A stretch of 64,000 nucleotides of DNA from Sedimentisphaerales bacterium (GTDB taxonomy: Bacteria; Planctomycetota; Phycisphaerae; Sedimentisphaerales; Anaerobacaceae), in NCBI GenBank assembly GCA_963708075.1, contig OY970194.1:5696001-5760000 (forward strand), written 5' to 3'. The notes under the pieces were generated by a model. That model did not search any database, was not told where the DNA came from, and worked only from the letters and a program-made list of their open reading frames with translations. The position numbers and the translations under genes were made by a program. Shown here piece after piece: positions 37,401 to 47,101 of the stretch (the stretch's first letter is position 1; every line of letters begins with the position of its first letter).

Positions 37401-40397
37401 TTACCGTTTCTTCAGCAGGTCCTCCAGCCCCTTGAGAACCTGCTCCTGGAGCTGGGATTGAATCAAGCTCTTGAGGTTCAGCTCGGGCTTGGCGATCGTG
37501 CCCGTCAGGGGCACGGTGATTCGTGAGACCCCTTGTTCCTGCCCAACCCGGACCGTTCGCCCCTCTATCGTATACGGCAGAACGACAGTCATGTCCAACG
37601 CTCCATTCAGGCCCACAGAACCCCGGAAGTTGACCGGATTATCGCCGATGTCGATCTGCATGTCATCATATCGCACCACCCCTTTTTGGAGAACAAGCTT
37701 CGTCGGATGGACGGTCATCATCTGTCCGCGAATGGACTGACGGCCTATGCTGAGGATCTGATTGAGGATGTTCGAAGCCCCCAGTTGCATCTTGTCGATC
37801 CACAGGGTCCCGGTGAGCTCCATGGCCTTCGTATCGCCCCCGGCCAGAGGAATCGCCAACTGCTGCAGGTCGAAGTTGGCGACGCCGCTGACGCCGACCA
37901 CATCGGCGAAGATGGGGTTGACGTATTTGAGCAGCCTCTCGGCGGTCTGGTCATTGATTTGAATGCCCTGTACGAAATGCACGGGGGTGGGGACCGTCAG
38001 GAGTATCGGCCGTTGCCGCAGGTTGGCTTGGCCGACGAAATCCACCTTGCCGCTATTGACTGTCGTAGAGAACGGCCCGATTCGCATCAAGCCATTCTCC
38101 ACTTGAATAGGCATCTCAGCGGGTCCGAAATCGAAACCCACATATGCCGCCCGGTCGAAGCCGAGTGACGTCTTGCCATTCAGATTTGCCAGCAGGGCGT
38201 TCGGCTCATTCGTGGGATAGGTGCTCGTGAAGTTGAGCGAGACCGGCCTCTGTCCGGCCAGATCGAGCGTGCCCGGCACAAAACCAGAGGCTAGCTGGCC
38301 GACTGCCGCCATGTCCCATTGTCCTTCCAGCGACCCCTGGAACTTCGTGGTGTTGCCCTGGCTCGTCCGTGTGAACTGGCCCATGCGAATCCGGATCTGC
38401 GGGCTTTCCACCTGCACCCGCTCGATGTCGATCGTCTTCTGGTTCGGGTCGATGAAGGCATCGAATACCGCCGTCACCTGGTCCTGCTTGAACGCTTCCT
38501 TCTCAGGCGAAATCATCTGGAAATTCTGAATCCGTGTGGCCGTGGAGGAGACGTGATACACGCCGTTCTCCGCCGCCACATTGACCTGCGACTGCGCAAT
38601 ACCCTCGAGCGAAAGTCCTTTCGGGAACGTGGCAAAGAACTCGGCGTAGGGCTTGATCCGGGCGAGGTCCAGTTTATCGACGAACACTTGCAGGTTCAAC
38701 GGGGCCGGCGAATCCGCCGCGAGCGGAATCGTGCCGTTTTTGACGTTGACGATCCCGAAACCGGTATCAGCGTTGAGCGTATTGACGGCCAGCACCTGGT
38801 CCTCCCGGTTCAGGCCCACGGCGAAATTGACATTGGCCTGGGGAGTGGAGACGCTGTTGCCGTCGGCTGCGATTACGAGCTGCCGGGCCGACAGCGAGCC
38901 GGTGACGTCCGTGGTTTTGTCGCCGATGGAGACTTGCCCGGCGCTTTGCACTTGTCCGGCGAGCTCGTAGGGGAGATTGATGAACGCGCCCAGCTCCGAC
39001 TGGAGCCCTGCGAGGTTGACCTGGCCGTCGTACTTGATCTGCTTGAAGTTGCCGCTGGCATTGATCTTCGCGAAGGACGTCGAGACGTTCAGGCCTTCAA
39101 GTTGTGCGCCCTGTTCGCTGCTGGACAGCCTCGCCGTGGCCTGCATAGGCTGGCTGATGTTCAGCTTCTTGTCGTTAACGACTCCCGCCAGTCCGACGAC
39201 CTGGGCCTTGGCCACGATGGTGGGACGACCCGCTTCGGTGACTGTATCGATGTTGCCCGTCGCCCGGCCGCCGGTGATTTCCATGCCTTCACGGACGCCG
39301 AGGGTGTTCGGCATCTGCGACAGCAGCGCCGCCAGATTCACATCGAAATTGCCGGTCACGTCGGTGCCGCTTTCCGTGAGCTGGGCCAGCGTTCTCGCGT
39401 TCTTGGGGAAGGTTCCGGCCGCCGAGACGGAGGCCCAGTCCGTCCGCACGTTCAACTGGTTGACGTCGATTACGCCCTGTGCCTGGGCCAGGTTGGCGCG
39501 GATGTCTAACTGGGCGGTCTGCAGCCGATCCCCTTTGAGGGCGGGCCCGGTGATATCGACATTCCGGCCGCGGATGTCTGCGTTGATGTTTTCGATCTGG
39601 CCGTCCTGGATGGCGCTGGTGATATTCCCGGTCAATTGTCCCTTCGCCTGGATCTCGACCCCTGCCATATCGAGCAGCGGTGCGATGGAGTCCAGGTTCA
39701 AGGCATTGACTTCGACGGTGACATCTCCCGTGGTGCCCCGGAGGCTCCAGCCCGTCTTCTGACTCGGCGTGACCTGCCCGGAGGCGCGTACCTCGGCGGG
39801 ACCTTGTGTCTGGGCGACGGCCATACTGACGTTGAAGCGCGACGTGCGTCCCGGCCGACGCATGCTCAATTCCGAGTCCAGATCGTCGATTCTCATCGTC
39901 TGGCCGGTCGTGCTGGTGAGTTGCACGCTGCCATCGCGGACCACCAGGTCCCCGATTCGCGACAGGTCGTTCAAGTCCATCGAGGGGCCGGCCTTCGTCG
40001 ACGGCGGACGCTCTCGCATATCGACGGCGATGTGCGGCTGATCGATCTCGGCGCGATCCACAGACAACGTGCCGCCCAAAAGGCTGCTGTAGCTGGGCTG
40101 TGCGGTGATTCGGTTAATATCGACTTCCGCCCAGCCGTTGGGCCCGCGGAAGCTGAAGTCGGCGATCTGCACGCCTCGGAACCATCCCACGGATAAATCG
40201 CCGATGTTTGCCTGACCTCCTGTGCTATTGCCGATCTTCGCCTGGACCCATCGCGTGAATCCGCCGGATGAGAGGATCACGGGGATCAATAGCAAAACTA
40301 CAAGGATGAGAACAAGCACTCCCCCCACGATCCAAGGCCACTTTCTTGAGCGCCTTGCCTTCTGAACCTGCGGCTTTTCCTGTATTTGCTTTCCCAT
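37401..40397 (-). CDS. large AsmA-like beta-rich envelope protein
   Basis: 998 aa; N-terminal TM; repetitive beta strands; C-terminal VPLTGTIAKPEL. Confidence 0.7.
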   Translation of the reverse strand: MGKQIQEKPQVQKARRSRKWPWIVGGVLVLILVVLLLIPVILSSGGFTRWVQAKIGNSTGGQANIGDLSVGWFRGVQIADFSFRGPNGWAEVDINRITAQPSYSSLLGGTLSVDRAEIDQPHIAVDMRERPPSTKAGPSMDLNDLSRIGDLVVRDGSVQLTSTTGQTMRIDDLDSELSMRRPGRTSRFNVSMAVAQTQGPAEVRASGQVTPSQKTGWSLRGTTGDVTVEVNALNLDSIAPLLDMAGVEIQAKGQLTGNITSAIQDGQIENINADIRGRNVDITGPALKGDRLQTAQLDIRANLAQAQGVIDVNQLNVRTDWASVSAAGTFPKNARTLAQLTESGTDVTGNFDVNLAALLSQMPNTLGVREGMEITGGRATGNIDTVTEAGRPTIVAKAQVVGLAGVVNDKKLNISQPMQATARLSSSEQGAQLEGLNVSTSFAKINASGNFKQIKYDGQVNLAGLQSELGAFINLPYELAGQVQSAGQVSIGDKTTDVTGSLSARQLVIAADGNSVSTPQANVNFAVGLNREDQVLAVNTLNADTGFGIVNVKNGTIPLAADSPAPLNLQVFVDKLDLARIKPYAEFFATFPKGLSLEGIAQSQVNVAAENGVYHVSSTATRIQNFQMISPEKEAFKQDQVTAVFDAFIDPNQKTIDIERVQVESPQIRIRMGQFTRTSQGNTTKFQGSLEGQWDMAAVGQLASGFVPGTLDLAGQRPVSLNFTSTYPTNEPNALLANLNGKTSLGFDRAAYVGFDFGPAEMPIQVENGLMRIGPFSTTVNSGKVDFVGQANLRQRPILLTVPTPVHFVQGIQINDQTAERLLKYVNPIFADVVGVSGVANFDLQQLAIPLAGGDTKAMELTGTLWIDKMQLGASNILNQILSIGRQSIRGQMMTVHPTKLVLQKGVVRYDDMQIDIGDNPVNFRGSVGLNGALDMTVVLPYTIEGRTVRVGQEQGVSRITVPLTGTIAKPELNLKSLIQSQLQEQVLKGLEDLLKKR

Positions 40398-40617
40398 CTG
40401 TACACCTCCGAATCGATTCGTCGGAACGACCGTTCCTGCAAGCCATTGTAGTGCACGCGTACTGGGGAAATAAAGCCGGAAATCGCGGGTTTGCCGGCAC
40501 TGAATCGCCCGGTTAGTGGTACGGCAGCCCCTGACGGCGGTTCAACGCGACAAAAAGGCATTGAGGGAGCCTGGTCAAGAGGTGCAGGACTTCATCTCGC
40601 GCGGAACAGCCTTCGTC

Positions 40618-40712
40618 TGTCATGCTGAGCGAAGCGAAGCATCTGGGCGTCGAATGCGATAGATGCTTGTTCCCGTGCTCAGCCCGGATCCTTCGCTTCG
40701 CTCAGGATGACA
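40618..40712. repeat. repetitive extragenic palindromic element
   Basis: TGTCATGCTGAGCGAAGCGAAG...CTTCGCTTCGCTCAGGATGACA inverted arms. Confidence 0.8.
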
Positions 40713-40759
40713 GGCTGTACACGAGAACGGACCGAAATCCGCATGATTCCGGATTTGGA

Positions 40760-41320
40760 TCAGTCTTTCATGATCTCGTCGGATTTGTGTGCGACGATCT
40801 TATCCGCCTTATCGGCGAATTCCTTGGCGAGATCGTCCATCTGTTTCTTTGCCGAGTTCAGATCATCTTCGGTGATCTCCCCGTCCTTCTCCTGCTTTTC
40901 GAGGTGCTTGATGGCGTCCCGCCGGACGTTGCGGACGCTGATTTTGGTCTGCTCGCCGCTTTGCTTGGCCTGTTGCACGAGCTGTCTTCTCCGCTCCTCG
41001 CTCAGCGGCGGGATGTTCAGCCGTATGAACTTGCCTTCCACAATCGGTGCGATGCTCAGGTCACTGCTCTTGATGGCCTTCTCGATCTCTTTCACGGAGG
41101 CGGGGTCAAAAGGCTTGATGACAAGCATGTCCGCCTCAGGCGCCGAGATGGTCGCCAGCGATTTCAGCGGGGTGGGGCTGCCGTAATAGTCAACCCGAAT
41201 GTGCTCCACGAGTGCGGGTGCGGCTCTGCCCCCTCGAAAGGCCTTCAGCTCATCCTGAAGCACGTCCACGGCCTTCTGCATTTTCGATTTGCTCTCTGAG
41301 ATGACTGTTTGCGATGACAT
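40760..41320 (-). CDS. frr: ribosome recycling factor
   Basis: RGGRAAP, VDYYG, IPPLSEERR, VRNVRRD. Confidence 0.97.
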   Translation of the reverse strand: MSSQTVISESKSKMQKAVDVLQDELKAFRGGRAAPALVEHIRVDYYGSPTPLKSLATISAPEADMLVIKPFDPASVKEIEKAIKSSDLSIAPIVEGKFIRLNIPPLSEERRRQLVQQAKQSGEQTKISVRNVRRDAIKHLEKQEKDGEITEDDLNSAKKQMDDLAKEFADKADKIVAHKSDEIMKD

Positions 41321-41336
41321 CGATCAAACCCCTCGG

Positions 41337-41439
41337 AATTTACCATTTATGATTGATGATTTACAATTTGAAGATCGAGCGTTCAGGTAACGGAACGAGG
41401 CAAATTGTAAATCGTAATTCGTAAATCGTAAATCAAAAT
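41337..41439. repeat. inverted arrays of GATTTAC/GTAAATC heptamers between pyrH and frr
   Basis: aatttac catttat gattgat gatttac aatttg ... caaatt gtaaatc gtaattc gtaaatc gtaaatc. Confidence 0.75.
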
Positions 41440-41445
41440 GATACG

Positions 41446-42168
41446 TCATCCATTATCAATCAAAGTGCCCACCTGCTCGCCGCAGATCGCCTTCGTGATA
41501 TTGCCCTTCTTGAAGATGTTCAAGACGATGATCGGGATGCTCTTGTTGCGGCACAAGCTGATCGCCGCGTGATCCATGATCCGCAGGCCTTGCTTAAGCA
41601 CATCATCGTACGAGAGTCTCGTCAGGAGCGTCGCCTGCGGGTTCTTCTTGGGATCGTCGCTATAGACCCCTTCCACCTTCGTGGCCTTGATCAGTACATC
41701 GGCATCGAGTTCCGAGGCCCGCAAGGCGGCGCAGGTATCGGTGGTGAAGAACGGGTTGCCTGTCCCGCCGGCCAGAATCACGACGCGCCCGCGTTCGAGG
41801 TGGCGCATCGCTCTTCGCCGGATGAACGGCTCGCACATGGCGGAAACCTCGATGGCGCTCATGACCCGCGTTGGCAGGCTAAGCTTCTCCAGGGTCTCCT
41901 GCAGGGCGCAGGCATTGATGATCGTGGCCAGCATGCCCATGTAATCGGCCGTGGTGCGCGGGATATGGCTCTTCTGGGAAAATGTCTCGCCGCGGATGAA
42001 GTTGCCGGCGCCGACGACGATGGCTACCTGTGGGCCGAGCTTGCAGACATCCACGATCCGTTCCGCGATGGATTCCAGGGATGGACCGTCAATGCCAAAA
42101 TCACCAGGCTTGCAGAAGCTTTCGCCCGAAAGCTTGAGCAGAACCCGGTTGTACCTGCATTCTGCCAT
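41446..42168 (-). CDS. pyrH: UMP kinase
   Basis: LLKLSGE, DYMGMLAT, GTGNPFFTTD. Confidence 0.97.
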   Translation of the reverse strand: MAECRYNRVLLKLSGESFCKPGDFGIDGPSLESIAERIVDVCKLGPQVAIVVGAGNFIRGETFSQKSHIPRTTADYMGMLATIINACALQETLEKLSLPTRVMSAIEVSAMCEPFIRRRAMRHLERGRVVILAGGTGNPFFTTDTCAALRASELDADVLIKATKVEGVYSDDPKKNPQATLLTRLSYDDVLKQGLRIMDHAAISLCRNKSIPIIVLNIFKKGNITKAICGEQVGTLIDNG

Positions 42169-42183
42169 TGAGTCCCTGAACCG

Positions 42184-43050
42184 TTAGCCGACTTCGAATC
42201 TGACAAACCGCTTGATGCTGGCCTTGCCGCCGGCCTGTTTGGCTGCCTCGTTCAGGACCTGCTCCACCGTCTTGGTGTCGTCCTTCACAAAAGGCTGCTG
42301 CATCAGGCAGTAATCGGCATAGAACTTCTTCATCTTGCCTTCGACGATGCGTTTGACGATCTCGGGAGGCTTATTCTGCACCTGTTCGGCGTAGATGACC
42401 TGCTCCCGCTCTACCAGTTGCGGGTCGAGGCTCTGGATATCCAGCGCCAGTGGTTTGCTTGCGGTGATGTGCATGGCGAAATCGGAGGCCGCCTGTTTGA
42501 TGGACGCAGAGGCAGCGACCTTTTCATCGCTGGTGTCGATCTGGACCATGCTGCCGACCTTGTGGTTGAAGTGCACGTAGATACCGATGATCCCGGCGCC
42601 TTCGAGCTTGAACCGCACGTAATCGCCGACCTGCATCTTCTCGCCGGTCTTGCTGATGCCTTCCGTGACGATCTCCTGGAAGTCCCGTCCGCCGATCACC
42701 GTCTGCAGAAGGCCCTCAGGCCCCTGAGCGCTCCCGGCGGAGGCCATGTAATCGCGGATTGCATCGACCATGGCCAGGAAGCCGTCGCTCCTGGCGACGA
42801 AATCGGTTTCGCAGCACAGGGTTGCCAGCGCCGCCGACTTGCCATCCGGGCTCTGCCAGGACACGACCGCGCCTTCGGAAGTCTCGCGTTCGGCTCGCTT
42901 GGCCAGCGTGGCCAATCCCTTCTTGCGGAGAATCTCCATGGCTTTGTCCATGTCACCGTTGGCTTCCTCCAGGGCTTTCTTGCAATCCATCATGCCCTGT
43001 CCCGACATCTTTCGCAGTTTTACTACTGTTCCTGCTGAGATTTCCGCCAT
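42184..43050 (-). CDS. tsf: elongation factor Ts
   Basis: LRKMSGQGMMDCKKAL, CETDFVA, FVRFEVG. Confidence 0.97.
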   Translation of the reverse strand: MAEISAGTVVKLRKMSGQGMMDCKKALEEANGDMDKAMEILRKKGLATLAKRAERETSEGAVVSWQSPDGKSAALATLCCETDFVARSDGFLAMVDAIRDYMASAGSAQGPEGLLQTVIGGRDFQEIVTEGISKTGEKMQVGDYVRFKLEGAGIIGIYVHFNHKVGSMVQIDTSDEKVAASASIKQAASDFAMHITASKPLALDIQSLDPQLVEREQVIYAEQVQNKPPEIVKRIVEGKMKKFYADYCLMQQPFVKDDTKTVEQVLNEAAKQAGGKASIKRFVRFEVG

Positions 43051-43107
43051 TTCATCAACTCCCGTTTCTGTGCTTCACAAGTTATCTGCCGTCTATCGCA
43101 GGTTATG

Positions 43108-43998
43108 TCAAGGTTGCTGCGCCCCGGCCGTCTGCTCCCCTTGTTGCGGAGGGGCGTTCTCTTCCGGCGGAAGGTGCTGTTCTTCGCTCTCTACCGTCTC
43201 TTCGCTGACCGTCGCGACCGCGGAGGGCTCTCTGCCGTCTGCACGCGCCATGGTGGGCCGTCTGGGCCTGACGCGTCGCGGAGGCCGCGGGCTGGTTTCC
43301 TGCTGGCGGGTGGAAACCATCGTCTTGCCGATCGCCACCGCATCCGCCAGCTCGTTAAGAATAATCTCCACGGCCCGGATCGAGTCATCATTGGCGGGAA
43401 TGGCCACATCCACTGTATCGGGGTCCGAATCAGTATCCAGAATACCCACCGTCGGGATTCCCAGTTTGCCGGCCTCTCGCAGGGCCAGGTATTCCTTCTT
43501 GGCATCGACGACAATGACCGCCCCCGGCAGGCGAGTCATTTTTCGCACGCCGTCCAGGTTCGTCCGGATCTTGCGCATCTCTCGTTTGAGCCGGGAGGCC
43601 TGCTTCTTGCTCTCAGACTCCAGCGTTCCATCCTGCTCCATCGCTTCCAACTGCTCCAGACGCTGAAGACGCGAGCGGATGGTTCGGAAGTTTGTCAGCA
43701 TGCCGCCAAGCCATCGCTCCGACACGAAGTGCATACCGCACCGATTCGCCGCTGCTTCCACGGCCTTCTGTGCCTGACGCTTCGTCCCGACGAAGACGAC
43801 ATCACTGCCCGACGAGACGACCTCGGCGAGCAACTTCTTGGCGATCAGTATGCCCCGGAGGGTCTGCTTCACATCGATGATGTGAATGTTGCCCCGCTTG
43901 GCAAAGATGAAAGGAGCCATCTTCGGATTCCACCGGCTGACGCCGTGTCCGAAGTGCACTCCCGCATTAATAAGTTCCCGCGCCAACTGTTTAGCCAC
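43108..43998 (-). CDS. rpsB: 30S ribosomal protein S2 with C-terminal extension
   Basis: AGVHFGH, WNPKM, RWLGGMLTN, IPANDDS; GTG start after GGAGG. Confidence 0.97.
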   Translation of the reverse strand: MAKQLARELINAGVHFGHGVSRWNPKMAPFIFAKRGNIHIIDVKQTLRGILIAKKLLAEVVSSGSDVVFVGTKRQAQKAVEAAANRCGMHFVSERWLGGMLTNFRTIRSRLQRLEQLEAMEQDGTLESESKKQASRLKREMRKIRTNLDGVRKMTRLPGAVIVVDAKKEYLALREAGKLGIPTVGILDTDSDPDTVDVAIPANDDSIRAVEIILNELADAVAIGKTMVSTRQQETSPRPPRRVRPRRPTMARADGREPSAVATVSEETVESEEQHLPPEENAPPQQGEQTAGAQQP

Positions 43999-44059
43999 AA
44001 ATACCTCCAAATCACCTCTGAATACATTACCTGCGATATAGAGACGGCGAAATTTCAAG

Positions 44060-44088
44060 AAATTACCCGAAACGCCCAATACTGTCAA
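44060..44088 (-). promoter_or_regulatory. sigma70-type promoter of rpsB-tsf
   Basis: Minus strand TTGACA-17 nt-TAATTT. Confidence 0.55.
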
Positions 44089-44369
44089 GCAGTATTTATA
44101 GCGATAATTTAGCGGCAGACAGTCCTCATGTCTACCCTATGCCGTCCGCTGGCGGACGGCAGGACAGGGGTACAAGCTTCTGGTGTTCACAGTACGGCTG
44201 TTCGTGTCCGTGTGTGCTTGTGAATTGCAGATTGCCCTATAAGAACGGGTTTTTGTGCGTAGAAACGGCCATTGGCGTAGCCGCGATGTGCCGGCAGGCA
44301 TCCGAGTCCATTGTGGTGATTAGCTGCCCGCCTCACCACGGCATGTTCGGCTGCTGCCGGCGCCAAGCC

Positions 44370-44849
44370 TCAATACCATACGGTGATGAGGATACTCGGC
44401 TCAGTCTTCTTATCCACAATCTCACCGGTGACGGCATTGGTGCGTTTGATGACGACGCCCGGGTTATCCTTAAGCCAGGCCGTGATCTGATCGTCCATGA
44501 ATTTGATGGCGCCCGGATGGAGCTTGGTAAAGAAGGTCTTACAGTTCGCAATCCGTGCGGCAGGTGCAGGGCCCGCCGCGACCGGTTTCCTGATGGGCAT
44601 CTGCGGCGCCTGGGCCCTTGGCGCGGGCGTTGGCGCTACGGCATGCGCGGCCGGAGCCGCCGGGCTCACTGCCACGGGGCTTGCCACTGGTGTGCCTGTC
44701 CCACCCAGATTCAGGGGAGCACGAGAGATCGGCGGCGCATTGCCGGCCGGGTTTTCCTTCACAGCCGCAGGACTGCCGGGGCCATTCGGCACGGGGATGG
44801 GCTTGCCGGAATTGTCGCTGTGAGAGCTGTTATTGGCCAAGTTGTCCAT
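44370..44849 (-). CDS. hypothetical protein, Pro/Ala-rich N-terminus and compact C-terminal domain
   Basis: GGAGG RBS; KTFFTKLHPGAIKFMDDQITAWL...ILITVWY. Confidence 0.7.
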   Translation of the reverse strand: MDNLANNSSHSDNSGKPIPVPNGPGSPAAVKENPAGNAPPISRAPLNLGGTGTPVASPVAVSPAAPAAHAVAPTPAPRAQAPQMPIRKPVAAGPAPAARIANCKTFFTKLHPGAIKFMDDQITAWLKDNPGVVIKRTNAVTGEIVDKKTEPSILITVWY

Positions 44850-45009
44850 AGGTCATGCCTCCAAACGGGGTAGCACGTACGTCAGACACGAAACGTTCAC
44901 AGGGCCGCTCGGCGATCGGGAGGGATCTCAGCCCTGCTTCTGCTCTTTGGCCTTACGGGTATCCGCTCGGGACTCTTGAGCCTTCTACTCAGCCGGTTTC
45001 GGCTGTTCA

Positions 45010-46887
45010 CTAATCTTGCTGTTGAAACGAAGCCTGCTCCCTGGGGGCGTCCGCCTTCGGCTGCGGAGGCTGCGCTTCGGGCGCCTCCGCCTTCGGTTGC
45101 GCCGGCTGCTCCTTGGGGGCATCCGCCTTCGGTTGCGGCGCTGGTGCCTTGGGCGCCTCCGGTTTCGGCTGCGGAGGCTGCTCTTTCGGAGCTTCGGCCT
45201 TCTGCGGCGCCGGCGGCTCCGTCTTTGGCGGATCGGTCTTTTCTTTATTCTCCGCCGGTATGACCTTGGGAGGCTCAGGCTGGCTCTTCGCTTGCGCAGC
45301 CTGATCCTTGGCTTGTTTGGCCTCGGTAGCCGCCTTCTGTGCCTCCGTCCTGGCTTCCTCGGCCTTCGAGGTCGCCGCTTCCACCTTTGTGCCCATTTCC
45401 TGCACTTTGACTTTCGCCCGCTCGAGCTCCGCCTGCAGGTCTTCGATCTGCTGGCCCGATTCCATGGACTCCAGGCGAGTCATCGTCACTTGGGACTCGT
45501 ACTCCAGTCTCGCCTCGCGAGCGTTGTCGAGCTGACGCTGCTGCTCCTGCTCGCGGGCTTTGATGCCCAGCGGGTCCATCATCTTTTCCTGGAACGACTG
45601 ATTCATCGGCGAGGAGTGGCGCTCGCGGAGGAACTGGACCATTTCCGCGTTCGGCTTGCCGCCCGAGGAGATCGTGGGCGTGAGAATGAAAATGACTTCC
45701 TTGGCCCGCTCTTCAAAGTCTCTGCCGGAGAATAGCAGGTTCAGGATTGGGATATCTTTCAGAATCGGCACGCCACGGACCACGTCGCGCTTCTCCGTCT
45801 TGCGGATGCCGCCGATGATGAGGCTCTCGCCGTGACGGATGCGGTTGTCGTCTGTGGTGATCTGCCGCTCGGTCACGATGGGCAACTGCTTGATACCTTC
45901 CGGCGTCAGGTACGCGCCGATCTGGGCCTCCGTCTTGAGGCTGATGGAGCCATCGGCAAAGGCATGGGGCGTGATCTTCAGCGCATCGATGATGTCGTAG
46001 TACTCGGTCCTTGTCTCGATGAAGGAACTGTCACCGTATCCGCCCCGGAGGAACACCTGCTGCAGGGGCACGTGCTCTTTGGCCGTGATTTCGGCCGATT
46101 GGCCGTTCACGACTGACAGCGTGGGGTTCATGAGGATTTTCAGGTAACCTCGCGAAACGAGGATATCGACGAGGGCTTCGACCCTGTGTCCCTCGTCGCC
46201 GCGGCTGACGCCGATCTTCAGGCCAAACTTCTCGCGGGCCGGATCGCGAAGGGCTGCCCCCGGAAATGCAGGCAGCACGGCGCCGGAGTCCGCGTCGATC
46301 TTGCCGCCTATCACCACCCCCTCGCCGAAGAGATTTTGGACGAGAAGCGTCGTCTCGCGGTCCATCGTCAGGTCGGCGTACAGCTCCGAGACCATGCACT
46401 CGATGCGGACCTGGATCGGCGGCACGTCCGCTATCTCGATCAACTCCAGAACGGCATCGATGTCGGCCTCGAACGGAGCCCGCACAATGATCTGATTCGT
46501 CTGCGGACTGGCGCTGATCGTGTAGTCCTGGACGGTTGTCGACTGGCCCTTCTCGTTGAACACTCTGGCCGCAAACTGCTCGCTGACAAGCATCTTGATC
46601 TGCTCGGCCTTGAGGTACTTGGCAAAGTAGAAGAGTTTCCATTCCTCGGCCCCGCCGACGATTTGTTTGACCTTCTTGGGAGGAACCTTATAGATGCTGG
46701 GAATGGCAAGATTGGCGTCGGGGACCTCTTCAATGGTGCTGAGGTTGCGCAGAATGTTCTGGGCTTCGATCGCTGTGGCTCGCTCATCCGGCCAGTCGTG
46801 GCAGCCGGACAGGCATAGCGATCCCAGAAAAAGAAAAGCCACAAACAGTCCCCGTGTGCGGCTGGTCATGTGGCTCTTGTTCCCCAT
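45010..46887 (-). CDS. type II/III secretion secretin-family protein with coiled-coil and Pro/Ala/Lys-rich tail
   Basis: Lipobox LSGC; QVRIE, NPTLSVVNGQ, IIGG...GVPILKDIPILNLLF...IFILTP. Confidence 0.85.
   Translation of the reverse strand: MGNKSHMTSRTRGLFVAFLFLGSLCLSGCHDWPDERATAIEAQNILRNLSTIEEVPDANLAIPSIYKVPPKKVKQIVGGAEEWKLFYFAKYLKAEQIKMLVSEQFAARVFNEKGQSTTVQDYTISASPQTNQIIVRAPFEADIDAVLELIEIADVPPIQVRIECMVSELYADLTMDRETTLLVQNLFGEGVVIGGKIDADSGAVLPAFPGAALRDPAREKFGLKIGVSRGDEGHRVEALVDILVSRGYLKILMNPTLSVVNGQSAEITAKEHVPLQQVFLRGGYGDSSFIETRTEYYDIIDALKITPHAFADGSISLKTEAQIGAYLTPEGIKQLPIVTERQITTDDNRIRHGESLIIGGIRKTEKRDVVRGVPILKDIPILNLLFSGRDFEERAKEVIFILTPTISSGGKPNAEMVQFLRERHSSPMNQSFQEKMMDPLGIKAREQEQQRQLDNAREARLEYESQVTMTRLESMESGQQIEDLQAELERAKVKVQEMGTKVEAATSKAEEARTEAQKAATEAKQAKDQAAQAKSQPEPPKVIPAENKEKTDPPKTEPPAPQKAEAPKEQPPQPKPEAPKAPAPQPKADAPKEQPAQPKAEAPEAQPPQPKADAPREQASFQQQD
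45030..45215. repeat. tandem repeats of about 13 aa (approx. 39 bp) in the secretin tail
   Basis: QKAEAPKEQPPQ-PKPEAPKAPAPQ-PKADAPKEQPAQ-PKAEAPEAQPPQ-PKADAPREQ. Confidence 0.8.
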
Positions 46888-47101
46888 AGGTGTTCCAGTC
46901 GGTTCTTTGACGACGCACAATCAGTGTTCTTCTACCCCTCGAACCTCCTTTCACGCAGGTAGACGGCAGTGTTATCTATTGTATTGCAGCTATTATTATC
47001 GTCAAGGCCGTTTTCTTTGGATTAGCGAAAATGAACCTTTTCACTTTACCCATCTTAAAGATGTTAGACACAATATCACTTTCTTGCTAAGATGGGCTTT
47101 C

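Noticed and set aside
45030..45215. CRISPR-like array
   Set aside because: The repeats are in-frame coding repeats of the secretin tail; no unique spacers or cas genes.
46694..47101. N-terminal extension of RimO
   Set aside because: Overlaps the divergent secretin gene and an AT-rich promoter region; homology starts at about 47102.
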